DNA of 64,000 nucleotides from Azolla caroliniana (GCA_043228905.1 JBHGNT010000014.1:18600001-18664000); one strand, 5' to 3'. Shown: positions 1 to 12,649, counted from the stretch's first letter. Notes: generated by a model from the letters alone, not told the origin. Made by a program: numbers and translations.

Positions 1-1561
1 ATCGAGTATAGTGTGGGAACAAAGAAAAGTAAAAGGAGAAACACACAATTTATAATAGCCCCCAATTACAAGGGTATTAGGGTTAGGATGGCTAGATAGA
101 ATGAACAAAGTCAATGGGATTGAAGGTTTGAGGGACATGTATGCCTTTAAACATCACTTCAATCAATTCATGTCAACATTGTCTATCATAAACTCTCGTA
201 TCCTTCTTAATCTAACAAAATCCTATGGCTTTGCCTCTATTTCTCCATGTGACCACATCACAACATTGTTCCAAATAATTTGATGAGATATTGAGCTTGG
301 GAAACCTCAGCATTTGCCCATTGTTGTTGGGTTGATTCTAACTACACACGACTAAGATTAAATGTGATTGCCAACAATATGAAAGAATCCTCTCCTTCTA
401 ATGGGTGAATAGCATATCCAAGTTCTCCACATAGCGTGGACCTTGAAGGAGTCCTAAAATAGGTCCTCAACACTCAGAGCATCCACTTGCTTGACTACTT
501 GGAGGATGTAGGGATTCCGACTTATAGTAGTGTGCATACTTTATAGATGTGGACATTGACATATGTAGTTATATGACAAAGGGGGTCTTGTGTCCCTACA
601 TTATGAAAGAGGACAACGACAAGTGAAGTTAAATGGTAAGGGTATAAGAGCTAATGAATAAGCTCCTCACAAAGGTTCTTCTTGTAACTTTACTTAGAGT
701 CATTACCTCTCTTTCACAAGAAACTAATCACTTGTACTAGAAACTAATTATGCTACCATTGAGCATTTTTATCTAATCATTATGTACACGGAAAACCATT
801 TTTTTATATCAAGAACAAGTATACCCTAGTGGGTGCATGTTGATCCAAGTAGGCACTCCATGATGGGATCTTAATGATTCTCCCATCGCAACCAGAGTTA
901 TAGCTAAATGGCTGAACACATTCGTTTGCTAAATCAACACATAATATTCTTATGTCACGGGCTGAAATCTAATCAACAATTGATAATAATTATCTCAAAA
1001 AGAAAGAAGGAATAGATGCATCTTCACCCACATAGGCACTCCGGGATGGGAACTTTATGAATCCCCATTTCAATCAAAGTTTTGATTGAATGGCTTAAGA
1101 CATTTGTTTGCTAAATCAAGAAGGATTATTCTTATATCATGGGTTCAAGACCCATCAACAATAGGTTATCCTTGTACTTGCATGTTGTAATTTGTTTAGT
1201 GATTTTTCACCATCGTTTTGAAAGCAAAACTAAGTCTTCACGTCCACGAGTCCTTGCATTTCACCATATCAATAAATCTCACCTAGTCAACCCCTCATGA
1301 AATATTTAATCCAACACTATACCCTCAAGGATCAAGGCCTTTTAACCTTAGATTTGATAAAACTGGTAAATTCATTTCTCCATTAGAGAAGCAACTTTGG
1401 AAAGGAGGTAATTCAAGGGTCATAGAGGCATCAGTCAATAACTAGCTACCATCTGTACAAAATGCTTTTGCAGTCTTAAGTGATTATTTTGGAGATATCA
1501 TAGAGATATTAGCTCAACGGGAACGCGATCAGGTTCTGAAGAAGTAACCTAATTAGTGTTG

Positions 1562-4500
1562 ATGAAGATAGTCATGTGGAATGTAAGGGGTGTTTGTTCT
1601 CCTTCTAAGAAGTTTGATATGTGGAAAAATGTTTTTGAGGGGCAATGGGATATATTGTGTGCAGTAGAGCATAAGGACCATGCTAAGTCTGGGTCTTTTA
1701 TTTAGCATAATGGGTATCATGTTTGTTATGCGGGTGTCACTGGTGGACTTCATTCAGGTGTAATTCTTATTGTTAAAGATACCTTGCAACTTCTGGTGGT
1801 TCAAAGTGATATACATGGTCGGTACATAGTGGTTGAGATAAATTATGAAGGGCAAAGGATTTGGATTGTTGGTATTTATGCACCAAATGAAGTCTCTCAA
1901 CGTATTGAACTTTGGCAACGTTTGAATAAAGTTCTTAGTAATGGAAATCCAGGATTTTTATTGAGTGATTTCAATATGTGTTCAGAGGTGGGGCAATCTA
2001 CTTCGATGCATAGTTTGATGGATGCTCCAAAAAGAGCGGCTTGGGACTTATTTACAATAGAGGTTTTGAAGTATGATGCATGGCTTTGGATTAATGGAAC
2101 AAATTTTGGGTATACTTTCCAATCCACACAATTCAGATCAACATGGAGTAGGCTGGATCGCATATATATAATGCATGATGAAAGGTTTTTGCCAGAAGTG
2201 TTGATTATGCAAGTATATAGAGGTATTGCATCGTCTCATTTTCCAGTTATCTTGGAATGCACACATCATGGGGTGGATGGTTTTAAAGCTTTATTGGGAA
2301 GACAATCACTTAGATTTAATTCTTCTTTTCTTGAGCATGAACGGTTGAGGCGTGCTATGGGACAGTTAGTGGGAGAATTTAGAAGACAAGTTAATATTGG
2401 TGGTGCTTCTTCCTGGGATGTTTGCCTTTCTAATATTCAACGGTTTGCTCGAGATTATGGGATTTCTTAAGCAATTTTCCATAAACAAAAAGTGAGAGCA
2501 CTCCAACAATTATTACACAAGTGTAATGCTTTGTTGGTCTTAAGCCTGGTGGATGACATATTATTGGATATTCAAGTTACATTGAATCAAGCACTACAAG
2601 ATCTTGAGGTCTGAAGTTATCAACAGTTTCGGGTGAGGAACAAGAAACAAGATGTATATGATCATAACTCTGTCCCGCATAAATTCTTTCATGGGTTACA
2701 TGCCTCTCATGCCAGAATGAATGTGGTACACATAGAAGTTGATGGAACTTTGAGTACAAATCCACAAGTAATTATTGATAATTGTATTCAACATTTTACA
2801 ACACTTCTAGGTCATGAAAGTATTCTAGATAATGATATGACAGAAGCACGAAAAATGTTTTTTCAATCCATCAAGGGCAATGTTAGGCAATAGGTTGTGA
2901 TGAGTATAGAAGAGGACATAAGAGAAGAAGAGGTAGAGTATGTCTTATCACATCTAGCAAATGATAAAGTCCAGGTTGGGATGGAATTACGAATGAGTTT
3001 TTTAAATCATTTGTTCAAGATCTTAAAGGCCCCCTTACAACAATCTTTCAAGTGTGGAGTTCTGGTAACATGCCTCATTCCTGGAAGATTGGGCTCATCA
3101 AACTTATACCTAAAGTTGCTTCTCCAACTTCATTTGGTCAATGGAGGCCAATATCATTAATGGGTGGTTTATACAAGATTTTTACCAAAGTAATTGCCAA
3201 TCGACTTTAGAAGGTATTGCCCTCTATTGTACATCCTATGCAATATGGATTTATTGGAGGAAGGGACATCCTTCATAACATTTTAAATGTTCAAATGGTT
3301 GTGGATCATGCGAAGGAATCAAAACAAGAAATTGTTATGATACAATCATAGATTGACCCATGCGTAATATTCGTGGTATTCGACGTCCATAATATTCGAG
3401 AATATAAAACGGCTCCAAGAATATTATAAAACCATTCGTTTACATATACATGTACACACATACATATATGATATATGATATATGTATATATAGACACATA
3501 CATATATGATATATACATATACACACATACATACATGTGTATACACACACATATATCACTCATATATGTATATACACACATACATCAATAATTAAGTAAC
3601 TCACTAATATCATAATTAATTAATTCACTTAAACATTAATTGACTCACTAATACATTAATTAATTTACTAATACTGTATACATATCTTAATTCATTAAAA
3701 AATTAATTAATTAATTGAAAAATATTAGTTAATTAATTAGGCCTTCTACTAAACTTAGCTAAACTTAGGGTTTTAGTGAAAGCTTGAGTTTGGAGCTAAG
3801 AATAGGATGTAGGATTAGAATAGAGCATGAGAGGGAGTCACGGATGCGGGCTCAAAAGAAAGAAATATTGTCGAAATTAAGACTATGACATAGATTAGGG
3901 TTTTCAACCGAAACCCTAATTTTCTGGCCGAGAACAATATGTAGAGGGAAGTGAGGGCAGCATGCACAGGGAGGGAGTAGGGTGAGGCTTCCTCACTCGT
4001 TGCTCGTTGTTCGTTCACTCGCTCACAGGAAAAAAACAGTTTTTTATTTTTTATTTTTTATTTTTAAAAAAGAAAAAAAAAAGAAAAGAAAAGAAAAGAA
4101 AAGAAAACGAATACAATTAAATGCATTCGTATTCCTATTCATATGGATTCGTGGGGCAAGCCCCACCAATGCGATATATGTCAATCTATGGATACAATTG
4201 GATATTGAGAAGGCTTATGATCATGTCAATTGGTCATTTCTTGCCCAACTTATGTTTGAGATGGGTTTTGGTACAATGATGTCTCGACTCTCATTTATGT
4301 TGGGATTAGGTGCAATGTCACATGTCATGTTAAATGGTGGAGTGACTAAGGCAATATCATTAACAACTTACAAGGTTAGTGAGACAAGGATGTCCATTGA
4401 CTCCATTATTATTTGCCATTGTTACCCACCCAAATTTGGTTAAAATGCATGAGTTCACGATATGTCAAGATATAGCGGGACTTATTTTATCCTCAGGGAA

Positions 4501-6240
4501 TCAGCTAATAGCTCAAGCATTGGTAGATGATTCTTTTTTGTTTCTCAAGGCGCATCCTAGTAACATAGCCAAAGCCATGGAGGTGTGGAAGGTGTTTGCC
4601 TTAGCATCAAGTTTACATATTAATATGCACAAGTCATTGTTGATTAAATGCACTGAACAAGATTTGGTTAATCTTGGTTGGAGTGGTCGAATATTAGATA
4701 GAGGGAAGATTTGTTGGCATTTGGGCTACCCGATTGGTGTGGATATTTCACCAAATCAAAGCCTAACTTGGATTTCTGAGACCATAGCAGATAAATTTAT
4801 TTATTGGAAGTCCCAAGCTTGGCCGTTTGCTACTTGTCTCAAAGTGGTGCAAGCAATTATGATTCTGATGATTTCATATTTTTTGCCTTTGTTACCTTGG
4901 ACAAAGAAATCACTTGATCACTTGGCTTGTGCTCTTAGGTATACGTTATGGAAGAAAGAGTCCAACATTGGTATCAGTTGGGTTTCATGGCTCCATATAT
5001 GTACCCCGAAACATTTAGGAGGAGCCGGTTTACTCAATTTGGAAGATCATCTGGTTGCTCGAAGGTTTAGTCTCTTGAAAGAGATGTGTTCGGGTTCTCA
5101 ACCATGGGCAAAGATAATTTGTTATTTTTTGGAGAAAGTGGGGATACAACATGGTAACAAAAATTAGAACTTCATGGTGGCATGTTATTAATAGCACTCG
5201 ATCATTTAGATGTTCAACATTATTTGTCTCTTGGCAAAAAAGTTTGAAGTTGTTCAATTGTAAACCACCTGATTGTAGAAAAGATTGGAACTCTTTGCCA
5301 GCTGAGGTGATAGCATCTTCAAGATTATTACAATGGGATGGAAAAGATAGTTTAAAGTCAAAGTTTAATAGAATGGCAAAATTAGGTTTGGTAATTGTGG
5401 AGGATGGTATTTTAGAGTCACAAAGGCAAATGATGGCTTTTCGAACTGTGAGAAGTAGATTTCATATACCTCCTGGATATGGTCAGATTTGGCAAACAAT
5501 AGTACAATTGCCCATTTTATCATCACCGATTCCACAATTGGTGGTGGTGGAACCGTGGAGAGAGTGGGTTTTTTATAACAAGAAATCATTATTTGTAGTG
5601 AAACAAATGATGTTTACCATAAGTTGGTTAAGGATATAGTTTGGGGTACAAAACAAAGTTTTGGATACATGGCACATTATTCGTGGAAGTGAATGGTGTG
5701 CTAGAGTTTTAGATGCAGGATGGAAGTCTCATCGTCCTTTCCATGCAAAGGTGTTTCTTTGGCGTGCTATGGTTGGTGGGTTACCTTTGGCTAGGGCTTT
5801 AAAACGAAGACACATTGGTAGTGGTATGTGTCTTTTGTACGATGGTTGATGAAGATTCTCGACACAGGTTTATATCTTGCCCTGTTACTAAAGTATATGA
5901 ATAAGTATATCACAATTGTGGGGGTCATTAACTGGAAATGTTTTGTCACCTTTTCAATGGGTTTTCAGTGAAGGTGATAGAGTTTTACCATCCCCAGGGT
6001 ATAAGTTTATGTTTGATTATTTGCGGTACTTGGGCATGTGGTATATTTGGAACTTGCGGAATGGTTTCTTATTTGATGGGCTTTCTAGAGTATCTCAACA
6101 AATATGTAGGATAAGAGAAAAGTTTATTCAGCAATTTTCACAGTTATGTTGTATGGGAACTTTGTCCCCAAATGAGTTACATTTGTGTCGCTTCGCTTTG
6201 TATTGCAACACCTTAGAAAGTTGCCCTTGCCACATCGCTA
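1562..6240 (+). pseudogene. LINE ORF2 (endonuclease-reverse transcriptase), fragmented
   Basis: ORF pieces 1784-2470, 2633-2893, 2897-3160, 4379-5167, 5151-5639, 5661-5849 and 5916-6293 lie in domain order and match the longer ORF 53614-55791. Confidence 0.9.
3347..4190. mobile_element. Non-autonomous hAT-type element (MITE), family 1, inserted in LINE A reverse transcriptase
   Basis: Perfect 11-bp TIR CATAGATTGAC...GTCAATCTATG and perfect 8-bp TSD GATACAAT (3339-3346 and 4191-4198). Removing it rejoins the RT frame (EIVMIQLDIEKAY). Internal (TA/CA)n tract. Confidence 0.93.
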
Positions 6241-6472
6241 CCTTTGACGTAGTTCTGATAGCAAGGCTTTTTTGTATTATCATGTTGTTTTAATATAAAC
6301 ATACATTTACGGAAAGAGAGAGAGAGAGAGAGAGAGTCAAGGTGCTTTCTGCCCAACCTCTTCTTCTTCTTCTTCTTCTTCCTCCTCCTCCTCCTTAAAC
6401 TAAATTTAGAGATTTAAGGCGTTACGAATCAAAAAGTTAGAAAAAGATTCCAATGGCCGTAACGGCCACACA

Positions 6473-6565
6473 GAGAGAAAGAAGAAAGAAGAAAGAAAGA
6501 TATATTAATGTCTTTTAAGAGGCCAAAATGGCCTAGAAGACCAAATAAGAGATTACATCTTAAGT

Positions 6566-6567
<2 letters not shown>
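6473..6567 (-). mobile_element. Very short 3-prime terminal fragment of the RTE-X-like LINE family (or a SINE sharing its tail)
   Basis: The reverse complement is near-identical to 43808-43900 and resembles the LINE 3-prime end at 20537-20590 (GGCC..GGCC stem, TTAATATATCTTTC, CTTT-type tail). Confidence 0.75.

Positions 6568-6628
<61 letters not shown>
6568..6628 (+). repeat. (GA)n microsatellite upstream of SDH5
   Basis: About 30 GA units. A second GA run is at 6316-6336, and (TCT)n runs are at 6359-6395 and 6678-6712. Confidence 0.97.
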
Positions 6629-6631
<3 letters not shown>

Positions 6632-6755
6632 GGGCATTTCAGGAAATAAAGAAAACGTTATTCCCAATTCTATAATTTCTTCTTCTTCTTCTTCTTCTTC
6701 TTCTTCGTCTTCACTGTTCGGTCCGATTCCGACCCTCGACGCACAGCAAACAGCG

Positions 6756-8386
6756 ATGGCGATGGCCAGCAGAATCGTGGCGTCTCAGTCTCGAAGGATT
6801 CTTCTCAGAAGAAGATCGAATCTTCTTCCTCTTCTACCCTCCTCCCACTCGTCTCCTTCTCCTTCTTCATCATCGACTCATCGTCTTCTTCGCCCTCATC
6901 TGTTTCATCTCCCGGGTAATATCTGATCCTGCTTTCCTTCTCTCTGCCCGTACTATTATACTATTTAGTTCTTTAATTTCTCCTCAGCGCGTGAAAATTT
7001 ACCCCCGAGGTTTGGTTTCCTTGCTTGCTTTCGTCAATTTCTGGCATATTACCTCAGAAACTGTGGAGAGGAAGAAAAGAAAGATGACGATAACCTTGAG
7101 AAAGAAGAGAAAATAAAAATAAAAGTTTATGCATCCTTAACTTATTTTTTGCTTTAGATTCTTTTTCATCTCCATGGGTTTTAGTTTCTTGCGTGCTCAC
7201 CTTCCTTCCATTCAAAATCAAATGATCTTCCTCATGTTGCTCCATTATTCTGAGATTAGTCTTTTATTGCAAGTCCTGCTCGAGAGACATTTCCCTTTTC
7301 TTTTCAACATCATTGTAGTTTTTTACAGATTAATATGGTGCTATGTTTCATCCATGGCATCATCATTTTTTCACATCTGTAGCTTGTTTTGATGCTTCAT
7401 GCTTATGGAGTCATTCTAATTCTTCAATTCTTTGCCTCAGGAAACAATGCCCTTTCTAATCGACACATCCTTAGGTCAATGTCGACTGGTATTGCTCACC
7501 TGCCATCAATATCTGATCCGGACATTCTTCATGCTCTACGGCAGCTCATGGCTGTAAACTGGACAGAAATATCCGATGAGGCTAAAGATGCTGTAGAAGC
7601 AGCAGTCACCAAAAAAACTGATGATGCATTAGGCTTGGAGGAACTGAAAAATGCTTGGCGAGTTGCTGAGGCGGTAGAGAAGTTCTCAGGGATCTTGGTA
7701 TCATTAAGGATGGCTTTGGATGACTACTCTGGTGCGTCTGGAGATGTATGTAGTCATATGATTCATTTGTTGTTTAATCTTGATATTGTTGGAGATTCTA
7801 AGATTCTCTCATTGTATGGACATGTTGGTAGCCATTATTTTCTTATAATTTTGACGTTTGATATGCTTGCAAACTCTATGATTCTCTCATTTCTACAGAT
7901 GTATTAATAATGATTCTCAGAGGCTTGATAGCTTCTCTCATTGCATGGAGATGTTTGTAGTCATGATTCTCTCATTGTTAAATATGGGCATGCTTGCAAA
8001 ATGTATTGCAACATGGCATTGACTACACTGGCCACTGACCATTAATGATATTTTCAGAAGGTGAGGCCGTTGTCGCCTGTGCTTTTGGAAGCATTAAAAT
8101 CTGCGTTGTCCAAGTACAACACTTATCTTGCATCTTTTGGCGAAGATGAGTTCTACCTAAAGAAGAAAATCGAAGTAGAGCTTGGAAGCTTGTTGGCTCA
8201 TATTAAGCAACGGTGCAGTGGTCTTGGTCCAGAATGGGGAAATGTAAGATTTTTTCTTACCTTGCAGTACTTGCTTCTGTTTATGTCATGCTTCATGTAT
8301 AATTTTACTACATGATTTGTCTACAGATAAGCCTTCTTGGAACATCTGGTATCTCTGGCTCCTTTATTGAGCATCGTGCTCATTGA
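6756..8386 (+). CDS. SDH5: Succinate dehydrogenase subunit 5, mitochondrial (plant-specific complex II subunit)
   Basis: Exons 6756-6915, 7441-7745, 8058-8243 and 8327-8386, all GT-AG and in phase. R/S/L-rich presequence, then LMAVNW..KKTDD..AEAVEKFSG..LDDYSG, EFYLKKKIEVELG..RCSGLGPEWGN and ISLLGTSGISGSFIEHRA, matching plant SDH5 motifs. Confidence 0.93.
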
Positions 8387-9184
8387 TTTGGAATGCAGGA
8401 ACTTCATAAAGACTTTGGCGGGGAGAGAAAAATGATGGCTTGCAATTTCAAGATGTACCGAGGACCAATCCTTGTGTGTCAATTTCTCTGTAAACAGATT
8501 TTAAATGCTCCAGAGAAATGGAATAAATGTTCATATACACGTATGCTATAATCATTGAACCAATGAAATAGGTTCAATACTTCATTTTAATAGAAAGCAT
8601 TTTGTTTGATCTAGTTAGTCTTTTAGTTTAGTTTTGAGACTCTGTTAAGGGCTTCATGATCTCTCTCTCTCTCTTGTATAACTTTTCGAATTACTTGGCC
8701 TTTGAGCCAATATTTGAATATAGATATTTTATGTTCAAAGATTAAAATGTAACACCCTTTTAATCAAAGAGAGAGATAGAGAGATCCCATATTCTTTTGT
8801 CTTCATTGGGTTCCTTGCTCCGTTCTCGAATAAAAAATAGAGAACAAAGAGCAAAAAATGAGGAGCCATGAAACAAAGCATTGAAACTCTCAACTTTGAC
8901 ACAACACTTCTTCCATTTGCTAAGTTTCTATTGAGAAAGCACTTCGTGCAGAGGTTCAAGTACATTGTGTAGCCAGGTGATGATGATGCATAACTTCAAT
9001 CAATATTAAGACATACACTTTGATGTTACTCACCCCAACCCAAAAAAACTCATGGGCATCCGAGGAATGACCATCCTCATACTGTCCCTACCCTCCTACA
9101 ATCACACCTACATTAAGAGTCTAGAAATATCAAATATGGAAATGCTTTGTGAGGAAACAACATTATGGCTACAATTTTCCATTA

Positions 9185-9402
9185 GATGAAAGGAGGTAAT
9201 GAATTAAGAAAGTGATCCACATTAAACATGATCAAAGAAAGTGATCCACGTAAGTTTCAAATGTCATAGAATAATTATGTTCAAAGAACATGATCACGCT
9301 CTCAACAAACATAAGATTTATGAGATGATAACTTCTGCAGATCACTTTCTTTGGTCATATTTAATGTGGATCACTTTCTTCACTCATTGCCTCCTATCAT
9401 CA
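9185..9402. repeat. About 220-bp imperfect foldback (inverted repeat)
   Basis: Left arm GATGAAAGGAGGTAATG..AAGAAAGTGATCCACATTAAA..CAAAGAAAGTGATC pairs with right arm GATCACTTTCTTTG..TTTAATGTGGATCACTTTCTT..CATTGCCTCCTATCATC. Symmetry continues inward to TGATCA at about 9291. Confidence 0.85.
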
Positions 9403-9963
9403 AATAGCAAATTCACAAAACTCGTCAAGAGATGACAGGAGGTAATAAAAGAAGATGGCGAACATTGGGAATGTTTTGTGAACAAAACATTAGCGTGATC
9501 AAGCACTTTTCTATATATGACCACATTTATAAGGCCAACATTACTTTCCATATATTATTATGCTGCATTTTATTTTGACGAAAACAAGGCACATGACGTC
9601 TCTCAATTAAAAACATTCCAAGAATACAATTATCATTTAAATTATATGACATTCAAGCAATATAATTGGTCGACAATCCATGAGACGACATTCAAGCAAT
9701 CTAATAATCCATGAGACAACATTCAAGTAATATAATCATCCATGAAACAACATGCGAGCAATGTAACCATTCACGAGACAACATACAAACCAATATGAAA
9801 GTCACAACTTTGGGAATTCCCTGAGAGAAACATATTTAATAATCATCATCAACCACAAACTTGCTTTCTACAAAACATGTCTTTAACAGGCCTACAATAA
9901 AAATATCTATATACTACATACTGCAAGTTGTTGGAAAGAAAGAAAAAACACTAAATAGAGGTT

Positions 9964-11644
9964 CTAGTCTCCCAAAATGGCTTCTGATGCAAGCTCTTGT
10001 GCACAAGAAGATGAAACACGACTTGGTTGGAAGCTAAAGGGACCCGTGTTGATAACATTGTTGGCGAGGCCCGCATTGCGTGTGAGGTAAATACTAGCAA
10101 ATGCTCTACTGGTGAGTATATTGCATGATGGGTGGGGGCTATGAAGCAATAGTGCCAAACACGTCTCTTTCTCGTGCTGACCTTTAACAGGGATAACAAA
10201 TTTCCCTTGCCCATCAGTCATTCCTTCTGAATAGGCCGTCACGTGCTGGCTTGACCCACATTGCACCGCTACCTTGGCCCCTTTCACATGCACACAAAAA
10301 ACCACATTGTTCTCCACTTCCCTCACAAAAAACCCCACTTCTTCAACACTTACCAACCAAAAAGTATATCATATCATAAAGATTAGACGTAAGATTCACA
10401 CATTGCTGGCTCTTTCACGCACAAAAATCTCACTTCTTCAATACACTCCAAAGCATATCATGAAGATCAGGCATACATATCACACAAGAAATGAAGGTTT
10501 TGTCGCACGTTTGTTTTATCGTTTGTAAGTGTTAAGAGAATTGTGTATTTACTTATTGTGTGTGAAAACAAATAGTCACAAATCATCTGTAGATATCACA
10601 CACTGTTGGGCCCCTTTCATGCACATAAACACCCAACAAACACACCCACTTCTCTAAATAATCAAATATTATTCCAAACACAAGGAGAATTTACAATCTT
10701 TATCTTTCAGTTTGAGGGTTGGGGGTACTTTCACACACAAGGCCCTTTAACAACAAAACCAGTTTCTTCAACAACTACCAAAGCATATCATAAAATCATA
10801 ACACCTATGTGAGTACCTGGATATGGGGTTCTTGGAAGGACCTAGGATTTAGGTTTGAGATTAAGTTGTTAAATTTAGGGTTTAGGTTTTAGCTGTGGAA
10901 TCTAGATTTTAGATCGAAGGTCTACACAGTTCACAGTCCAGGATGAAATTTATGGTTTAGTATCTCCATCAATGTGTTTATGATTTCAAATATATACATG
11001 ACCCTTTTAGGGTTTCAATCAATAATGCATAGCTTCACTGGTAGATTGCAGGTAGTAATTTTACCATAAATTTGAGTTTTTCAAGGCAGTCATTGAAATT
11101 CACCTTACGAAATTTGTGACCTATTAATCCCATGTTTCTAGCTGATATTACTCATTGATTCACAATTTAGAGTTTAGGGTTTCCATCAATGCAGTATTGA
11201 TCTTAGTGTACACGGGACTTATTCACTAGTCCATGATTGCTTTAAAATATCATCTTCAATTATTTCACTAGACATTGTGTCTTGACCATTGCTGATCTTT
11301 ATTCATAATTCACAATCACTTGACAAAGATCAGACAGATACATTCCATATGCACAACAAAGTAGGAAACGACTTGATCTGAGGAAGAGATTTTGCTCATT
11401 GATTCACAATCATTTGACAAAGATGATTACATCAATAGATGCCATACATAACATACCAATCATACATACCAGAGAGGAAAAAGCTCGAACTTGCGAAGTG
11501 CCCTGCTGCACAAGCATCACAATACACACGACCCTCCACACTGAGTGTATCCTCAGCAGAAACCCAGCAAATGGAGGTGAAGAAAAAGAGGAAGAAGAGG
11601 AAGATCCGAGCCAAACATAGAGTTCCAATACAATGCTTCACCAT
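9964..11644 (-). CDS. Pollen Ole e 1 allergen/extensin family secreted protein
   Basis: Exon 1 11644-11470 has a signal peptide and VEGRVYCDAC..SFFLSG. Exon 2 10280-9964 has AKVAVQC..EGMTDGQGKF..HEKETC..SPHPSC..LTRNAG..GPFSF. Phase-1 GT-AG intron; typical Ole e 1 cysteine pattern. Confidence 0.88.
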
Positions 11645-11834
11645 CGTTTGCTCTCTGTTCCCTGTTCTTTCTTCTGGAGCCAAAGAAAAGGTTTCAGAGA
11701 ATTTAGAAGAGAGGAAAGGAAAGCAATGACAAACAAACAAACAAACAAAGAAGAAGGTGGGTGGGTGGGTGGGGTTCTTTCTAGATTTAGTTTGATGAGA
11801 ATGCTTTACAAGGCCACACTATTTTACTTACTAC

Positions 11835-12467
11835 TACCAATGGGCCCGGTTTCGGCTCAAACCGAACCGAACTGTTATGCCATTGTTGAAAGGTTTATAA
11901 GTTCCAAAATAATTAAATGGTTTGGTTTGGTTTGGTTTTAATTAATAATAAACGGTTCGATTTTAGTTCGGTTCGATTTTGAAACAGGGCTTATAGGTTT
12001 ATAGGTTTACTTGGTTTGGTTTATATATTTTTGGGCTAACTTTTTTTATCCCGTAAATGTTTATATAATTTAATGGTTTAATTAATGTTTTTTATTGATC
12101 TAATTCACTTAACTTAAATGTTTATTTAATCTAATGGCTTTATTAATTCTTATTTATTTATTTATTTATTTAACCATAAATGTTTATTTAATTTAGTGTA
12201 TTTTTATTTATTTAAGTTTTTTAATTAGTTTGGCTTAAATGTGGTTAGGTTTAAACTTTTTATTATGTAAATGGCTCGAATTGGTTTCAACTTTTCCCTA
12301 AACAGTTTTGGTTTAAATAGTTTGGTTTACCTTTTCTTAAATGGTTTGGTTTAACGGCTTGAAAGTTCATAAACGATTTGGTTTGGTTTTTGTTTTATAT
12401 AAATGGTTTGGTTCAATTCAATTTGGTTTCAAGGCAAAGAAACCGAATCGAACCGGGCCCATTGCGA
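11835..12467. mobile_element. hAT MITE, family 2 (derivative of the hAT at 56443-62072), about 190 bp upstream of the Ole e 1 start codon
   Basis: Ends TACCAATGGGCCCGGTTTCGGCTCAAACCGAACCGAAC and AACCGAATCGAACCGGGCCCATTGCGA match the termini of the large hAT. TTTGG/TTCGG subterminal repeats; imperfect TSD CTTACTAC / C(AAG)TTACTAC. Confidence 0.88.
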
Positions 12468-12649
12468 CAAGTTACTACACATGGATTGTGTCACTCTTGT
12501 CATTCATAACAACAAGGGTTCAAATCCTTTCTCTTAGCTGTTGGAACATTCACAAAACTTCACTTCTCGGGTGAATGTTTCACAAGGCTAGTAGGAAACT
12601 TGCGAGCACAAGTATGTGGGCCTCTGCCCATGGGATACAGTAAATGATT

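Larger units (their letters stand above)
1330..6310 (+). mobile_element. L1/Tx1-like non-LTR retrotransposon (LINE copy A), 5-prime truncated, degenerate, interrupted by a hAT MITE
   Basis: ORF1 tail (QNAFAVLSDY, shared with copy C) is followed by ORF2 from ATG 1562 (MKIVMWNVRG). It has APE endonuclease motifs (GIYAPN, SDFN, SRLDRIY), RT motifs (LDIEKAYDHVNW, RQGCPLTPLLF, LVDD, LGYPIG) and a zf-RVT-like end (KVFLWR). Many stops and frameshifts. Colinear with 52680-62486. The 3-prime end abuts (GA)n. Confidence 0.93.

Noticed and set aside
3306-3581. 91-aa ORF rich in C/V/Y/M
   Set aside because: It is translation of the (TA/CA)n tract inside the MITE.
6564-6755. N-terminal ERERER/poly-S extension of ORF 6564-6926
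   Set aside because: It is translation of GA and TCT microsatellites. The credible start is ATG 6756.
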